Assembly (NCBI GenBank): GCA_965140415.1
Contig: OZ223209.1
Coordinates: 2,400,001-2,464,000, forward strand
Direction of reading: 5' to 3'
Length of the DNA stretch: 64,000 bases
DNA from: Myxococcota bacterium
GTDB lineage: Bacteria > Myxococcota_A > SURF-8
Under the pieces are notes generated by a model, which saw only the letters and a program-made list of their open reading frames with translations, ran no database searches and was not told the DNA's origin. Below are positions 1 to 9,069 of this stretch, in pieces; the first letter of the stretch is position 1, and each line of letters opens with the position of its first letter. The translations under genes were made by a program, and so were the position numbers.

Positions 1-786
1 TGCAGATCCCGGACAGACGTATTGGATCGCTTTCCCTTTGGGGGTAATGAACGGCACCAGTTTGTTGAAATCACGTCGTCCCAGCACAGTTAGTGTTGAA
101 ACATCTTTTACTAGTGGAATATAGCTGATTTTCAGCCGGGTATCTCCCACAACGGGCTTTGTTTTGGCTGTTTCGCTGTTGTATAGATAGGTTCCATTGT
201 TTGGAACGTTCTTGAAATCTGGGGATTTTCCGAAATCGAAAGGTTGCCATCCATAGATTGTGGCCATTTCGATATCTACATGCAGCCGCCCAATGCTGAT
301 ACGCCCAGCCATATGTTGTTGTGAGCGTGCTTCAGGGTATTCCTGTTTGTGTCCTGTGTAGACTCCGAAGTGTTGCCAGTCGCTTGGTTCTTCCGACCAA
401 TCTAAATGATATTTGTAGCGATCCACTGCTCGAACCGGTGGAGGCGGTAGATCCTTTTCCGCGACTTTGGTCTCGAACCAAGAGTAGTATTCAATTGTTT
501 TTTTAAGTCCAAGAATATACCCCTGGATCATATCGACGGGTAAACTGCGGATAGTGACGATACCTGTTGCCAATACCGGTCGGTCTTCCGGCGTTTCCTC
601 TGGCTTTTCAAGGTCTTGGAGAACGATGGCTTGATCGAAGAAGGTAAGCGGATGTTCACTTTCGATATCGTTGTAAATGGATTTGCTGATCAATCCGAAA
701 ACGAGGAAGGTAATCGCAGAAGCGAACAGAATTAGAGCGATCCATCGTCTTTTCGTTTTTTCCTTAGGCGCTGACAACGCTACCAT
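1..786 (-). CDS. TMEM43/DUF1625-like membrane protein; runs off the left edge; absent from the ORF track
   Basis: Manual translation from ATG at 786 (purine-rich SD-like GGAAAGGAAG upstream) is open to position 1: MVALSAPKEKTKRRWIALILFASAITFLVFGLI (TM helix)...LKKTIEYYSWFE...YHLDWSEEPSDWQHF...GH...PVVGDTRLKISY, similar to TMEM43 motifs. Confidence 0.6.
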   Translation of the reverse strand, partial: MVALSAPKEKTKRRWIALILFASAITFLVFGLISKSIYNDIESEHPLTFFDQAIVLQDLEKPEETPEDRPVLATGIVTIRSLPVDMIQGYILGLKKTIEYYSWFETKVAEKDLPPPPVRAVDRYKYHLDWSEEPSDWQHFGVYTGHKQEYPEARSQQHMAGRISIGRLHVDIEMATIYGWQPFDFGKSPDFKNVPNNGTYLYNSETAKTKPVVGDTRLKISYIPLVKDVSTLTVLGRRDFNKLVPFITPKGKAIQYVCPGSA

Positions 787-883
787 TGCACTTCCTTTCC
801 GAATTCGTTGCTTTATCGTAACGCTCTATTTTGATTCGGTCAAGTAGACCTTTCCAAGTAACACAATCATTTTCTACAGCCTG

Positions 884-960
884 ATAGTGACGAAATGGTC
901 AGAAATGGCTTGACAACCAGATGGGAGGTGTATACGGTAAACTGACGTTGTCGTCACTAT
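884..960. promoter_or_regulatory. Pair of inverted 19-bp operator-like sites flanking a TTGACA (910-915); likely sites for the adjacent TetR
   Basis: ATAGTGACGAAATGGTCAG (884-902) matches the reverse complement of CTGACGTTGTCGTCACTAT (942-960) at 16/19 positions; each has a TGAC-N6-GTCA core. Confidence 0.55.
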
Positions 961-975
961 TTGGAGAGCCAGCGA

Positions 976-1602
976 ATGACGAAGCACAGAAAAGCGGAAG
1001 ATCGCATCGCGGAAATATTGGACGCAGCACTCGAGCAAATCGATCAGCATGGATATGCCAGTTTGACGATGGATAAGATCATTGCTCGGACCAGTCTCAG
1101 CAAGGGTGGGGTGTATCGATTCTTCAAGAACAAGAACGAAATCTGCCTCGCGCTTTTCAACCAATTATATAAAGATTACGAGCCAATAGACATTGAAGAA
1201 GCACTGGCCTGGAATCTTCCTTTACGAGATACCATCGTTCGCTTTTTGTTCAATCGACACAATGGAAATCTGGTGCACGAGCGCAATTCCAGAGTGTGGT
1301 TGCAGATGTTGCCGGAGACGATGCAGGACAGCGAGTTTCGTACCGCCAAATTGGAGCACACCACGCGAATCAAGCAGAAATACATGCGGTTGATTCGTGC
1401 GATACGAGCAAGGGATCATGTCGAAATCACGGCCAAAGACGAACTGCGTTTCTCCCAGGCGATTGAAGTCGGAGAACTGTTGATGGAAGGCTTGGTGATC
1501 GAACAATTGGGAGGGGCTCGCCTGGAAGGACTGGAGTCCAAAGTTCGATGGTATATCGAATTGATTTTAGACGATGCACTAAGTCTTGCCAAAGTTTATT
1601 GA
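976..1602 (+). CDS. TetR/AcrR family transcriptional regulator
   Basis: N-terminal HTH ILDAALEQIDQHGYASLTMDKIIARTSLSKGGVYRFFKNK; ATG 976 with GGAGAG upstream preferred over TTG 961. Confidence 0.9.
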   Translation: MTKHRKAEDRIAEILDAALEQIDQHGYASLTMDKIIARTSLSKGGVYRFFKNKNEICLALFNQLYKDYEPIDIEEALAWNLPLRDTIVRFLFNRHNGNLVHERNSRVWLQMLPETMQDSEFRTAKLEHTTRIKQKYMRLIRAIRARDHVEITAKDELRFSQAIEVGELLMEGLVIEQLGGARLEGLESKVRWYIELILDDALSLAKVY

Positions 1603-1636
1603 CATAACACCGGCTTGACCTTAAGGATTTGAATAA

Positions 1637-2725
1637 ATGAAAAGCATGCAGACAAGAGGTAGAGGCATGAGTGATAAAGCTCGAACAAGAAGCGCCGTGT
1701 CCATTTTGGTCGGGGCTTGGTTATTGCTGTCGTTGCTGGTATTACCGGGCTGCGAGAAATTGAACGGCAAAGAGGTTTCCGAACGTTCTCCCGTTCTTGT
1801 GGAAGTTGCTCAGGTTGAAAAAAGCACAAAGAATACGTTTCGACGTTTTTCCGGTTATGCGCATCCCTGGGAAAGCCACGGAGTCGGTTTCCTTGTTGCC
1901 GGTAGGGTTACCGCTTTGCCGGTCGAGCAGGGACAGCTCGTTTCGAAGGGGAGTTTATTGGCGACGCTCTCTGCCGAGGATTACAAACTGGTAGAGCAAC
2001 TGGCCAACGCTCAACTGGAAGCGCTGGAGCCTAACTACCACCGGGTGGATTCATTGGTGGAAAAAGAAGCGTTGCCGCAGAGTGCCTTGGATAAAATCAA
2101 AGCGCAATACGATGCTGCCGTAACACAGAAAAAGCAGGCCCAGCGGCAGGTGAAATATACCCGATTGAACGCGCCGATTACCGGTGTCGTGCATGAATTG
2201 CGAACCAGTGTGGGACAGATCATCGGGCAGGGAATGCCGGCAGTCGTACTATTGGACATCGATCGCATCAAAGTGCGATTTGGTGTGACTCAGAGTGAGT
2301 TGGAGTATTTCGAAAAGGGTCAGGATGTAACCGTCGATTTCCCTGGTGTAAAAGAGAAGGTTGAGGGTCGCATCTATCATATCGATTTCGTGGCTGACAG
2401 CATGACGCGCACCTATGACGTCGTGGTCGAAGTGCAAAACGCCGATCATGTGTTGCGCCCCAGTATGCTGGCGCAAATGACCATCATCAAAGAAAGCTTG
2501 AACGGCTATTTCCTGCCGATCGGATCGCTGATGCAGGATATCAGCGGGAAACACTATGTCATGCTGGTCGACACGAAAACGAACATCGTTGAAAAACGGG
2601 TCGTCTCGATCGGGCGACGTTTCGAGGAATACCTGGAAATTACGGAAGGATTGACTGGAGGCGAATCCGTCGTGATCCGGGGCAACAACTTTGCCAAGGC
2701 TGGTGACAAGGTGGTAGTCAAATGA
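1637..2725 (+). CDS. RND efflux periplasmic adaptor (membrane fusion protein), lipoprotein
   Basis: Lipobox LPGC; motifs V.QGQ.V.KG..LA.L and YTRLNAPITGVV; stop overlaps the RND start (ATGA); true start may be 1667. Confidence 0.9.
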   Translation: MKSMQTRGRGMSDKARTRSAVSILVGAWLLLSLLVLPGCEKLNGKEVSERSPVLVEVAQVEKSTKNTFRRFSGYAHPWESHGVGFLVAGRVTALPVEQGQLVSKGSLLATLSAEDYKLVEQLANAQLEALEPNYHRVDSLVEKEALPQSALDKIKAQYDAAVTQKKQAQRQVKYTRLNAPITGVVHELRTSVGQIIGQGMPAVVLLDIDRIKVRFGVTQSELEYFEKGQDVTVDFPGVKEKVEGRIYHIDFVADSMTRTYDVVVEVQNADHVLRPSMLAQMTIIKESLNGYFLPIGSLMQDISGKHYVMLVDTKTNIVEKRVVSIGRRFEEYLEITEGLTGGESVVIRGNNFAKAGDKVVVK

Positions 2726-5700
2726 ACATCCCGCGTTTTTCAATTACGCATCAGCCGGTGGTCTGGGTCGTTCTATTTCTTGTTCTTGCAGTCGGCGTTC
2801 ATAATTATCTTACGATCAGCCAGCGTGAAGACCCTGAATTCAAGATTTCCGTGGCTTTGATCGTTACGATCTGGCCTGGCGCCAGTGCGGAAAAAGTAGA
2901 GCGACTGGTTACCGAAAAGCTGGAAGATAAATTCGAAGAAATGACGGTGACCAAGGAAATTACCTCGACCACCCGCGAATCCCTTTCCGTGATTATGATC
3001 AAGGTCGACTATGACTGTGACGTCGATATGGCCTGGCAGAAGTTGCGTAATAAAATCGCGGAAGTTTCCGACGAATTACCGGACAACATCATCGGTCCGG
3101 ATGTGATCGACGATTTTGGCGATGTCACGGCCATGATTTACACGCTTTCCAGTGCGACTGCACAGCCGAGTGAACTGAAACAATGGGCGGAATTGCTGAA
3201 GTCCGATCTGAAAAAAGCGCCTTCTTGCGGAAAAATCGAACTGTTGGGTGAACGGCAGGAAGCCATCTACATTGAAGGTCCGTTGGAATCGTTCAGCTTG
3301 TACCAGTTTTCGCCGCTGACTGCCGCAAAAATTCTGGATTATCAGAATGTGAACATGATGGCGGGATACGCTCGAACTCCGGATCGGAAATATCGAATGG
3401 AAGTTTCGGGCAGTTTCAAGCTTACCGAACAATTGGAAAATGCAATTCTGGATGTTTCCCGAAAATCAGGCACGCCATTGAAAGTCAAGGATGTGTTTTC
3501 CGTCCGGCGTGCATACAAGGAACCGCCGCTTGATTTCATGCGTAGCAATGGTCTGCCCGCAATCGGCCTGGATATTCGTATGAAAAAGGGGCGAAATCTG
3601 GTCGAACTCGGTGAGGAAATCAAGGCCATTGGAGAACAGTTTGCACCGCGCCTGCCTCCCAATATCAAGATGGAGCTGGTTCACGATCAACCGCGGCAGG
3701 TGGGCACGTTTGTGGATACCTTCATGAATAACCTTTTCGAAGGTTTGTTCATTGTTATCATCGTGATGTTTCTGGCCATGGGGTTGCGTTCGGCGGCCAT
3801 TATTGCAATCAGCCTGCCGTTGTCTATCGTGATGGCCTTCGCGTTGATGCCTCGCTTTGATGTAGATCTGGAAACGGTGTCGATTGCGGCTTTCATTATT
3901 GCGCTGGGTATGCTGGTGGATAATGCCATCATCATTACCGACAACATCGATGTATACCTGCAACGGGGGATGAATCGCTTAGAGGCGGCCATCAAGGGGG
4001 CTCAGGAATTGGCGATTCCGGCGCTTAGCGGTACCCTGGCAACGGTATTGGCTTTCATTCCGTTGATTTTGATGAGTGATGAGTCCGGCGATTACATCCG
4101 GTCCTTGCCAATCGTGGTGTCTCTTTCATTGTTGGCATCCCTGGTGCTGGCGGTTACGGTTACTCCGATCACCAGTTACCTGTTTTTACGTCGGAACAAA
4201 AAGGTTGAAACGGATACCGCCAAGGCGGAATCCCGTTTCGTGCGCTTTTATCGAAGCATGATGACCTGGAGTCTGCGTCATCGTTTCGTAATGATTGTAC
4301 TTACCGGGGCCGTGCTGACCGGTTCGCTTTTCCTGTTGCAGTCGATCGGCTTTTCTTTCTTCCCGGAGGCGCAGCGCGATCAATTCATGATCGACATCTG
4401 GCTGCCGGAAGGTGCATCCCTGCAACACACGACAGAGGTGGCAGAAGAAGTCGAAGCCATGCTCGAGCAAGATGAGCACATTCGGAACTACGTTTCCTAT
4501 GTGGGAAAGGGCGGTCCGCGTTTTTACATGTCGATCAAACCCGAATTCAATGCGACGAATTTCGCACAGATCATTGTAACGACAACGGATGCCATGAAGA
4601 CACGCTCTATAGTGGATCACTTAAACGAGCGATTCCCACAAGACATTTCCGGGGCGCGGGCAATTGCTTCCAATCTTTGGATGGGGGTTCCGGTTGAGGC
4701 TCCCATTGCCATGCGTGTTACCGGACCCGATTTGGCCATCATGAAGGAAATTTCGGATCAGATTCAGGATGTGCTGCGTTCCATCGACGGTACCGAGCAT
4801 GTACGGGATAATGTGGGAATGCCGGTACCGAACCTTGCTGTTAATGTCGATAATGAATCGGCGCTGATGGCGGGGATTACCAATACCGAAGTGGCGGTAT
4901 CGTTATTGACCGCCTATGAAGGCTTGCCGATCACCAGTTTCCGTGAAGGGGACGAGGAGGTTCCAGTGTACATGCGCCTGATTGAGTCGGAGCGCAATAT
5001 GGGCAATACACTGGATCAGATCAGGGTGCCGTCGCAGACCACGGGAGAAAAGGTGCCGCTGACGACGTTTGCTTCAATCGAAACGGTCTGGGGTCCGGGC
5101 GTGATCAAGCGTACCGATGGCAAACGATCCATTACGGCCTTGGCGAATATTAAAGGAAGATTGGCTTCGGATATCTTGAAGGAAGCATGGCCGCGCATCG
5201 ATGCAATTGACTTGCCGGCTGGTTATGAGATCGAAAGTGTCGGTGAAGAAAAAGAGCGGAATAAGTCGTTTGGTGAAATGATCGTAATCTTTTCATTGAT
5301 TATCGCTCTGATACTACTGATGCTGGTGATACAATTCAACTCGATCAAGAAGGCTCTCGTTATCTTGACGAGTGTGCCCCTGGCGATTATCGGGGCAGTT
5401 TTCGGGTTGTTTATTAGTGGCAACAGTTTCGCTTTCATGCCATTCTTGGGAGTGATCTCGCTTGCGGGTATGGTCATTAAAAATGCGGTTGTATGGATGG
5501 AGTTCGTTAATCAGTCGGTAGCGGAAGGAAACTCGTTGGATCTTGCGATCATCGAGGCTGGGCGTCAGCGTTTACGCCCGATCATTCTTACGGCTGCTAC
5601 GACTATTGGAGGATTAATACCCCTGGCGCTGTTCGGTGGAAGTTTATGGGAAGGTATGGCGTATGCCATGATCTTCGGTCTGGCGCTGGCGACGGTATTG

Positions 5701-5757
5701 ACTCTGGTCGTCGTACCGGTGATCTATTACGCCGTGTTCAGGAAAGCGGAAGCTTAA
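2722..5757 (+). CDS. RND efflux permease (AcrB/CzcA-like)
   Basis: 1011 aa with duplicated TM blocks; GMLVDNAII, GMVIKNAVV and RLRPIILTA motifs. Confidence 0.95.
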   Translation: MNIPRFSITHQPVVWVVLFLVLAVGVHNYLTISQREDPEFKISVALIVTIWPGASAEKVERLVTEKLEDKFEEMTVTKEITSTTRESLSVIMIKVDYDCDVDMAWQKLRNKIAEVSDELPDNIIGPDVIDDFGDVTAMIYTLSSATAQPSELKQWAELLKSDLKKAPSCGKIELLGERQEAIYIEGPLESFSLYQFSPLTAAKILDYQNVNMMAGYARTPDRKYRMEVSGSFKLTEQLENAILDVSRKSGTPLKVKDVFSVRRAYKEPPLDFMRSNGLPAIGLDIRMKKGRNLVELGEEIKAIGEQFAPRLPPNIKMELVHDQPRQVGTFVDTFMNNLFEGLFIVIIVMFLAMGLRSAAIIAISLPLSIVMAFALMPRFDVDLETVSIAAFIIALGMLVDNAIIITDNIDVYLQRGMNRLEAAIKGAQELAIPALSGTLATVLAFIPLILMSDESGDYIRSLPIVVSLSLLASLVLAVTVTPITSYLFLRRNKKVETDTAKAESRFVRFYRSMMTWSLRHRFVMIVLTGAVLTGSLFLLQSIGFSFFPEAQRDQFMIDIWLPEGASLQHTTEVAEEVEAMLEQDEHIRNYVSYVGKGGPRFYMSIKPEFNATNFAQIIVTTTDAMKTRSIVDHLNERFPQDISGARAIASNLWMGVPVEAPIAMRVTGPDLAIMKEISDQIQDVLRSIDGTEHVRDNVGMPVPNLAVNVDNESALMAGITNTEVAVSLLTAYEGLPITSFREGDEEVPVYMRLIESERNMGNTLDQIRVPSQTTGEKVPLTTFASIETVWGPGVIKRTDGKRSITALANIKGRLASDILKEAWPRIDAIDLPAGYEIESVGEEKERNKSFGEMIVIFSLIIALILLMLVIQFNSIKKALVILTSVPLAIIGAVFGLFISGNSFAFMPFLGVISLAGMVIKNAVVWMEFVNQSVAEGNSLDLAIIEAGRQRLRPIILTAATTIGGLIPLALFGGSLWEGMAYAMIFGLALATVLTLVVVPVIYYAVFRKAEA

Positions 5758-5809
5758 ATCGAGTTGATTTCGGAGACTAGAGGTTTCTCGAATTAGAAAG
5801 GGAGTAATC

Positions 5810-6484
5810 GTGATGGTACGTCGTTTGTGTGTCGCTGTTGCTGTTTCATGCTGCCTCATGCTGTTGCCCATTATCGCACAGGCCGAAGAGGAGCCGGAAT
5901 TCAAGAATCCCAATCCGGTTTTTAAATCGAATACGCCTGAAATGGAAAAGACGTTGGCAGCCAAGAAACTTGGCAAGCCGCCGAAACTGAGCAAAGACGA
6001 AATGAAACAACTGGTGGGTGGGGAAATTCTGGTTCGCGAATTGCCCAATCAGACCAAAGGCGCCAAACGTTTCGAAGCGATTGGCATCGTTAAAGCATCA
6101 CCCAAAGCCGTGATGGCCTTTCTTCGGGATTTCGACTCTCAGGTCGGCGTGATGCCGCATTTGATCAAGGTGGATTATACCTGGGATCGCAATCTGGCAC
6201 ACATGCAACAGACTTTGAAAATCGCCTTGATGAAAATCAATTATACATTAAACGTCCTGCACTATGGTGACAGCGTCATCGAATGGGAATTCGTCAAGGG
6301 AGATATTAAGGACACAAGTGGTTACTACAAATTCTTCCCGTTCTCAAAAGGGAAAAAGACGCTGGTGGTGTACCACGTTTTCAACGATCCGGGTATGGCT
6401 GTTCCCGATTTCATTCAGGATCTGCTTACGAAAAACTCCATGCCGGATGTCATTCAAACCATTCGCAAGGTCGTGGAAAAATAG
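5810..6484 (+). CDS. Secreted SRPBCC/START-like (polyketide cyclase-like) lipid-binding protein
   Basis: Signal peptide ending AQA; SRPBCC pattern IVKASPKAVMAFLRDF...MPH...IEWEFVKGDIKDTSGYY...DPGMAVP. Confidence 0.65.
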   Translation: MMVRRLCVAVAVSCCLMLLPIIAQAEEEPEFKNPNPVFKSNTPEMEKTLAAKKLGKPPKLSKDEMKQLVGGEILVRELPNQTKGAKRFEAIGIVKASPKAVMAFLRDFDSQVGVMPHLIKVDYTWDRNLAHMQQTLKIALMKINYTLNVLHYGDSVIEWEFVKGDIKDTSGYYKFFPFSKGKKTLVVYHVFNDPGMAVPDFIQDLLTKNSMPDVIQTIRKVVEK

Positions 6485-6487
6485 CGA

Positions 6488-7333
6488 TCAGCGCGCCAGA
6501 TCGTCGAGGTTGAATTTTTTCGACAGGATGCGATCCGTTACGGAAACGGGCAGAATCTTTTTGATCAGCGGCATTTTCACGGCATTTCTCCCCATGCGGA
6601 AGATTGCGGGAGGGGAGGGTTGCAGGATTGCACTAACCGTTTTTCGCGCGAAGACATCGACCGGTGTTGCGGCATCTTGAGAAATGCTGGCGCGTTGGGC
6701 GATGTGTTGAGCCGCTTTCTTGTACAGAGAATCCTCGGTTTGGTAGCGTTCGAGGCCGCTTGCGGCGTTTTGACCGAAACTGGACTGAATCCCGCCGGGT
6801 TGGACGAGAATGACTTGAATACCAAAGGGGGCGAGTTCCAGGCGCAGCGAGTCCGTTAACTGGTGCAGTGCGGCTTTGGAGGCACAGTAAGCGCCGGAGT
6901 AGGGGGTCGCCAGAATTCCGGACACGCTACCGATATTCACGATTCGGCCCGACTTCTGCTTTGCCAAAACCGGAGTCACCGCCTGGATCATCGCCACGGC
7001 ACCGATGACGTTGGTTTCGAACTGGCGGCGCATATCGTTCAAATCGATTTCTGCAACAGGTCCCATCAGGCCGAAACCGGCATTATTGATCAGGATATCG
7101 ATTCGTCCCTGCTTTTTTACGCAGTGTTCGATTGCGGAACGGACGGAATCGGCGTCATTGACATCCAAAGCCAGGGTGTCGATGGAATCGGAAGCTAGAT
7201 CTTCGATTGACTCCGGACGACGGGCTGTCGCAAATACAAAGTGGCCGCGCGAGGCGAATTCTTCGGTCAAGGCTCGACCGATACCACTGGAACATCCCGT
7301 AATCAATACAACTTGCTTCGAATCCGCAGACAT
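6488..7333 (-). CDS. Short-chain dehydrogenase/reductase
   Basis: TGCSSGIG, NNAG and catalytic YCASK motifs. Confidence 0.9.
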   Translation of the reverse strand: MSADSKQVVLITGCSSGIGRALTEEFASRGHFVFATARRPESIEDLASDSIDTLALDVNDADSVRSAIEHCVKKQGRIDILINNAGFGLMGPVAEIDLNDMRRQFETNVIGAVAMIQAVTPVLAKQKSGRIVNIGSVSGILATPYSGAYCASKAALHQLTDSLRLELAPFGIQVILVQPGGIQSSFGQNAASGLERYQTEDSLYKKAAQHIAQRASISQDAATPVDVFARKTVSAILQPSPPAIFRMGRNAVKMPLIKKILPVSVTDRILSKKFNLDDLAR

Positions 7334-7650
7334 CTTGAACTCCCTCCTGTCGCTACACCTTCAAATACTGATCATATGCTGACGCGAAGCAAGATTAACG
7401 TGGAATGCGTTGATTGAAAAGGAATATTTCGCCTGGATGATGAGTCTGGTCTGCAATTAGGTGCAAAGGTTGGTTAGCCTGGCCGGTATTTGAGAATTTA
7501 TCTGATTTCCTGTTGACGGTTTGCGCCTCTGCGCTATGATGAGAACAATTACATCAGGCTCTCGGGGTGGGAAAAGCCGATTGTTCGATGGCGTATTCGG
7601 TACGGACTTGGTAGTTCAAGTGCCGGTGATCTATATGTAAAAAGGAACGA

Positions 7651-8982
7651 GTGATGAGTGAAAAAAACGATGAAATGATGGACTGGAAGAGCGCCTCTCG
7701 TGGTGGGTATGCCTATCCCGATTTGCGCCTGGATCAAATCGATGTCGAGGTGACGGAAGCCTTGCGCGCCGAGCGCTTGCGGCAGGAAAACAACATCGAA
7801 CTGATCGCCTCTGAAAATTATGTTTCCCAGGCGGTTATGGATGCCGTAGGGTCATTTGCTACGAATAAATACGCCGAAGGGTATCCTGGGCGGCGCTACT
7901 ACGGCGGCTGTCAACATGTGGATAAACTGGAAACCTTAGCCATCGAGCGGGCCAAGAAACTCTATGGAGCCGAGCACGTCAATGTGCAGACTCATGCCGG
8001 ATCGCAAGCCAATATGGCCATTTACATCGCAGCCATCGAGCCGGGCGATGAAGTGCTGGCCATGTCGTTGGACCATGGCGGTCACTTGACGCATGGTTTC
8101 AAGTTGAATTTCTCTGGCCGATATTTCAAAGTTCACAGCTACGGCGTCCGCAAAGACACGGAGCGCATTGACTACGACCAGGTGTATCGCCTGGCCAAGC
8201 AGAACAAACCGAAAATGATTATCGTGGGGGCTTCGGCATATCCCCGCGAAATCGATTTCGAACGATTCGGCGAAATCGCCACCGAGGTCGGCGCGTTATT
8301 GATGGCGGATATCGCACACATTGCCGGCGGTGTCGCCGCCGGGTTGCATCCATCTCCGATTCCCTATGCCAACTTTGTGACGGCTACAACCCACAAAACC
8401 TTGCGCGGTCCGCGTGGCGGTCTTATTCTGACCAAAGAGGAATGGGCCAGGCGAATCGATTCCGCCGTGTTTCCGGGCATGCAGGGCGGACCATTGATGC
8501 ACGTAATCGCCGCCAAGGCGGTTGCATTCGGAGAAGCCTTAACGCAGGGCTACAACGAATACATGGCTCAGGTACACAACAACGCCAAAGCGCTGGCCGA
8601 CGAACTGACCTTGCTTGGATATCGCTTGGTTACCGGCGGCACGGACAATCACCTGATGCTGGTGGATGTGGGTGCTAAAGGGCTGACAGGCATTGCAGCA
8701 GAGCGTGTGCTGGATCGCATCGGTATTACCGCCAACAAGAATCTGATTCCTTTCGATACGCGCAAACCGGCGGAAGCCTCCGGTATTCGCCTGGGAACTC
8801 CCGCCATGACCACTCGCGGATTGAAGCAGGTGCATATGCAGCAGATCGCACGCTGGATCGATCAGGCCTTGACCAATATGGACGACGAGCAAGTGCTGGC
8901 GCGTGTCCGTCAGGAAACCTTGGAGTTGTGCCGCTATTTTCCCATCGCACCGGGAAATCGCCTGGGTTACACAGGAATTTAA
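7651..8982 (+). CDS. glyA: Serine hydroxymethyltransferase
   Basis: [28 protein letters not shown] and PLP-lysine motif [12 protein letters not shown]. Confidence 0.97.
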   Translation: MMSEKNDEMMDWKSASRGGYAYPDLRLDQIDVEVTEALRAERLRQENNIELIASENYVSQAVMDAVGSFATNKYAEGYPGRRYYGGCQHVDKLETLAIERAKKLYGAEHVNVQTHAGSQANMAIYIAAIEPGDEVLAMSLDHGGHLTHGFKLNFSGRYFKVHSYGVRKDTERIDYDQVYRLAKQNKPKMIIVGASAYPREIDFERFGEIATEVGALLMADIAHIAGGVAAGLHPSPIPYANFVTATTHKTLRGPRGGLILTKEEWARRIDSAVFPGMQGGPLMHVIAAKAVAFGEALTQGYNEYMAQVHNNAKALADELTLLGYRLVTGGTDNHLMLVDVGAKGLTGIAAERVLDRIGITANKNLIPFDTRKPAEASGIRLGTPAMTTRGLKQVHMQQIARWIDQALTNMDDEQVLARVRQETLELCRYFPIAPGNRLGYTGI

Positions 8983-8995
8983 GCAAGTAAAAAGA

Positions 8996-9036
8996 ATCCC
9001 CCTGAACGACGATCTGGATTTGTCGAACAGGGGGAT
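8996..9036. terminator. Bidirectional intrinsic terminator between convergent glyA and fadD
   Basis: ATCCCCCTG...CAGGGGGAT stem with A-rich left flank and T-rich right flank. Confidence 0.7.
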
Positions 9037-9069
9037 ATTTTTATGTGTGCTGTCTATCCTGATTCTGTA

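Noticed and set aside
321-506. 61-aa plus-strand ORF
   Set aside because: Lies antisense within the TMEM43-like frame
7541-7650. Possible ZTP, THF or glycine riboswitch in the glyA leader
   Set aside because: Only short stems; the ZTP cores (GACUGGCG, CGCCUGGGC) and glycine/THF consensus blocks are absent
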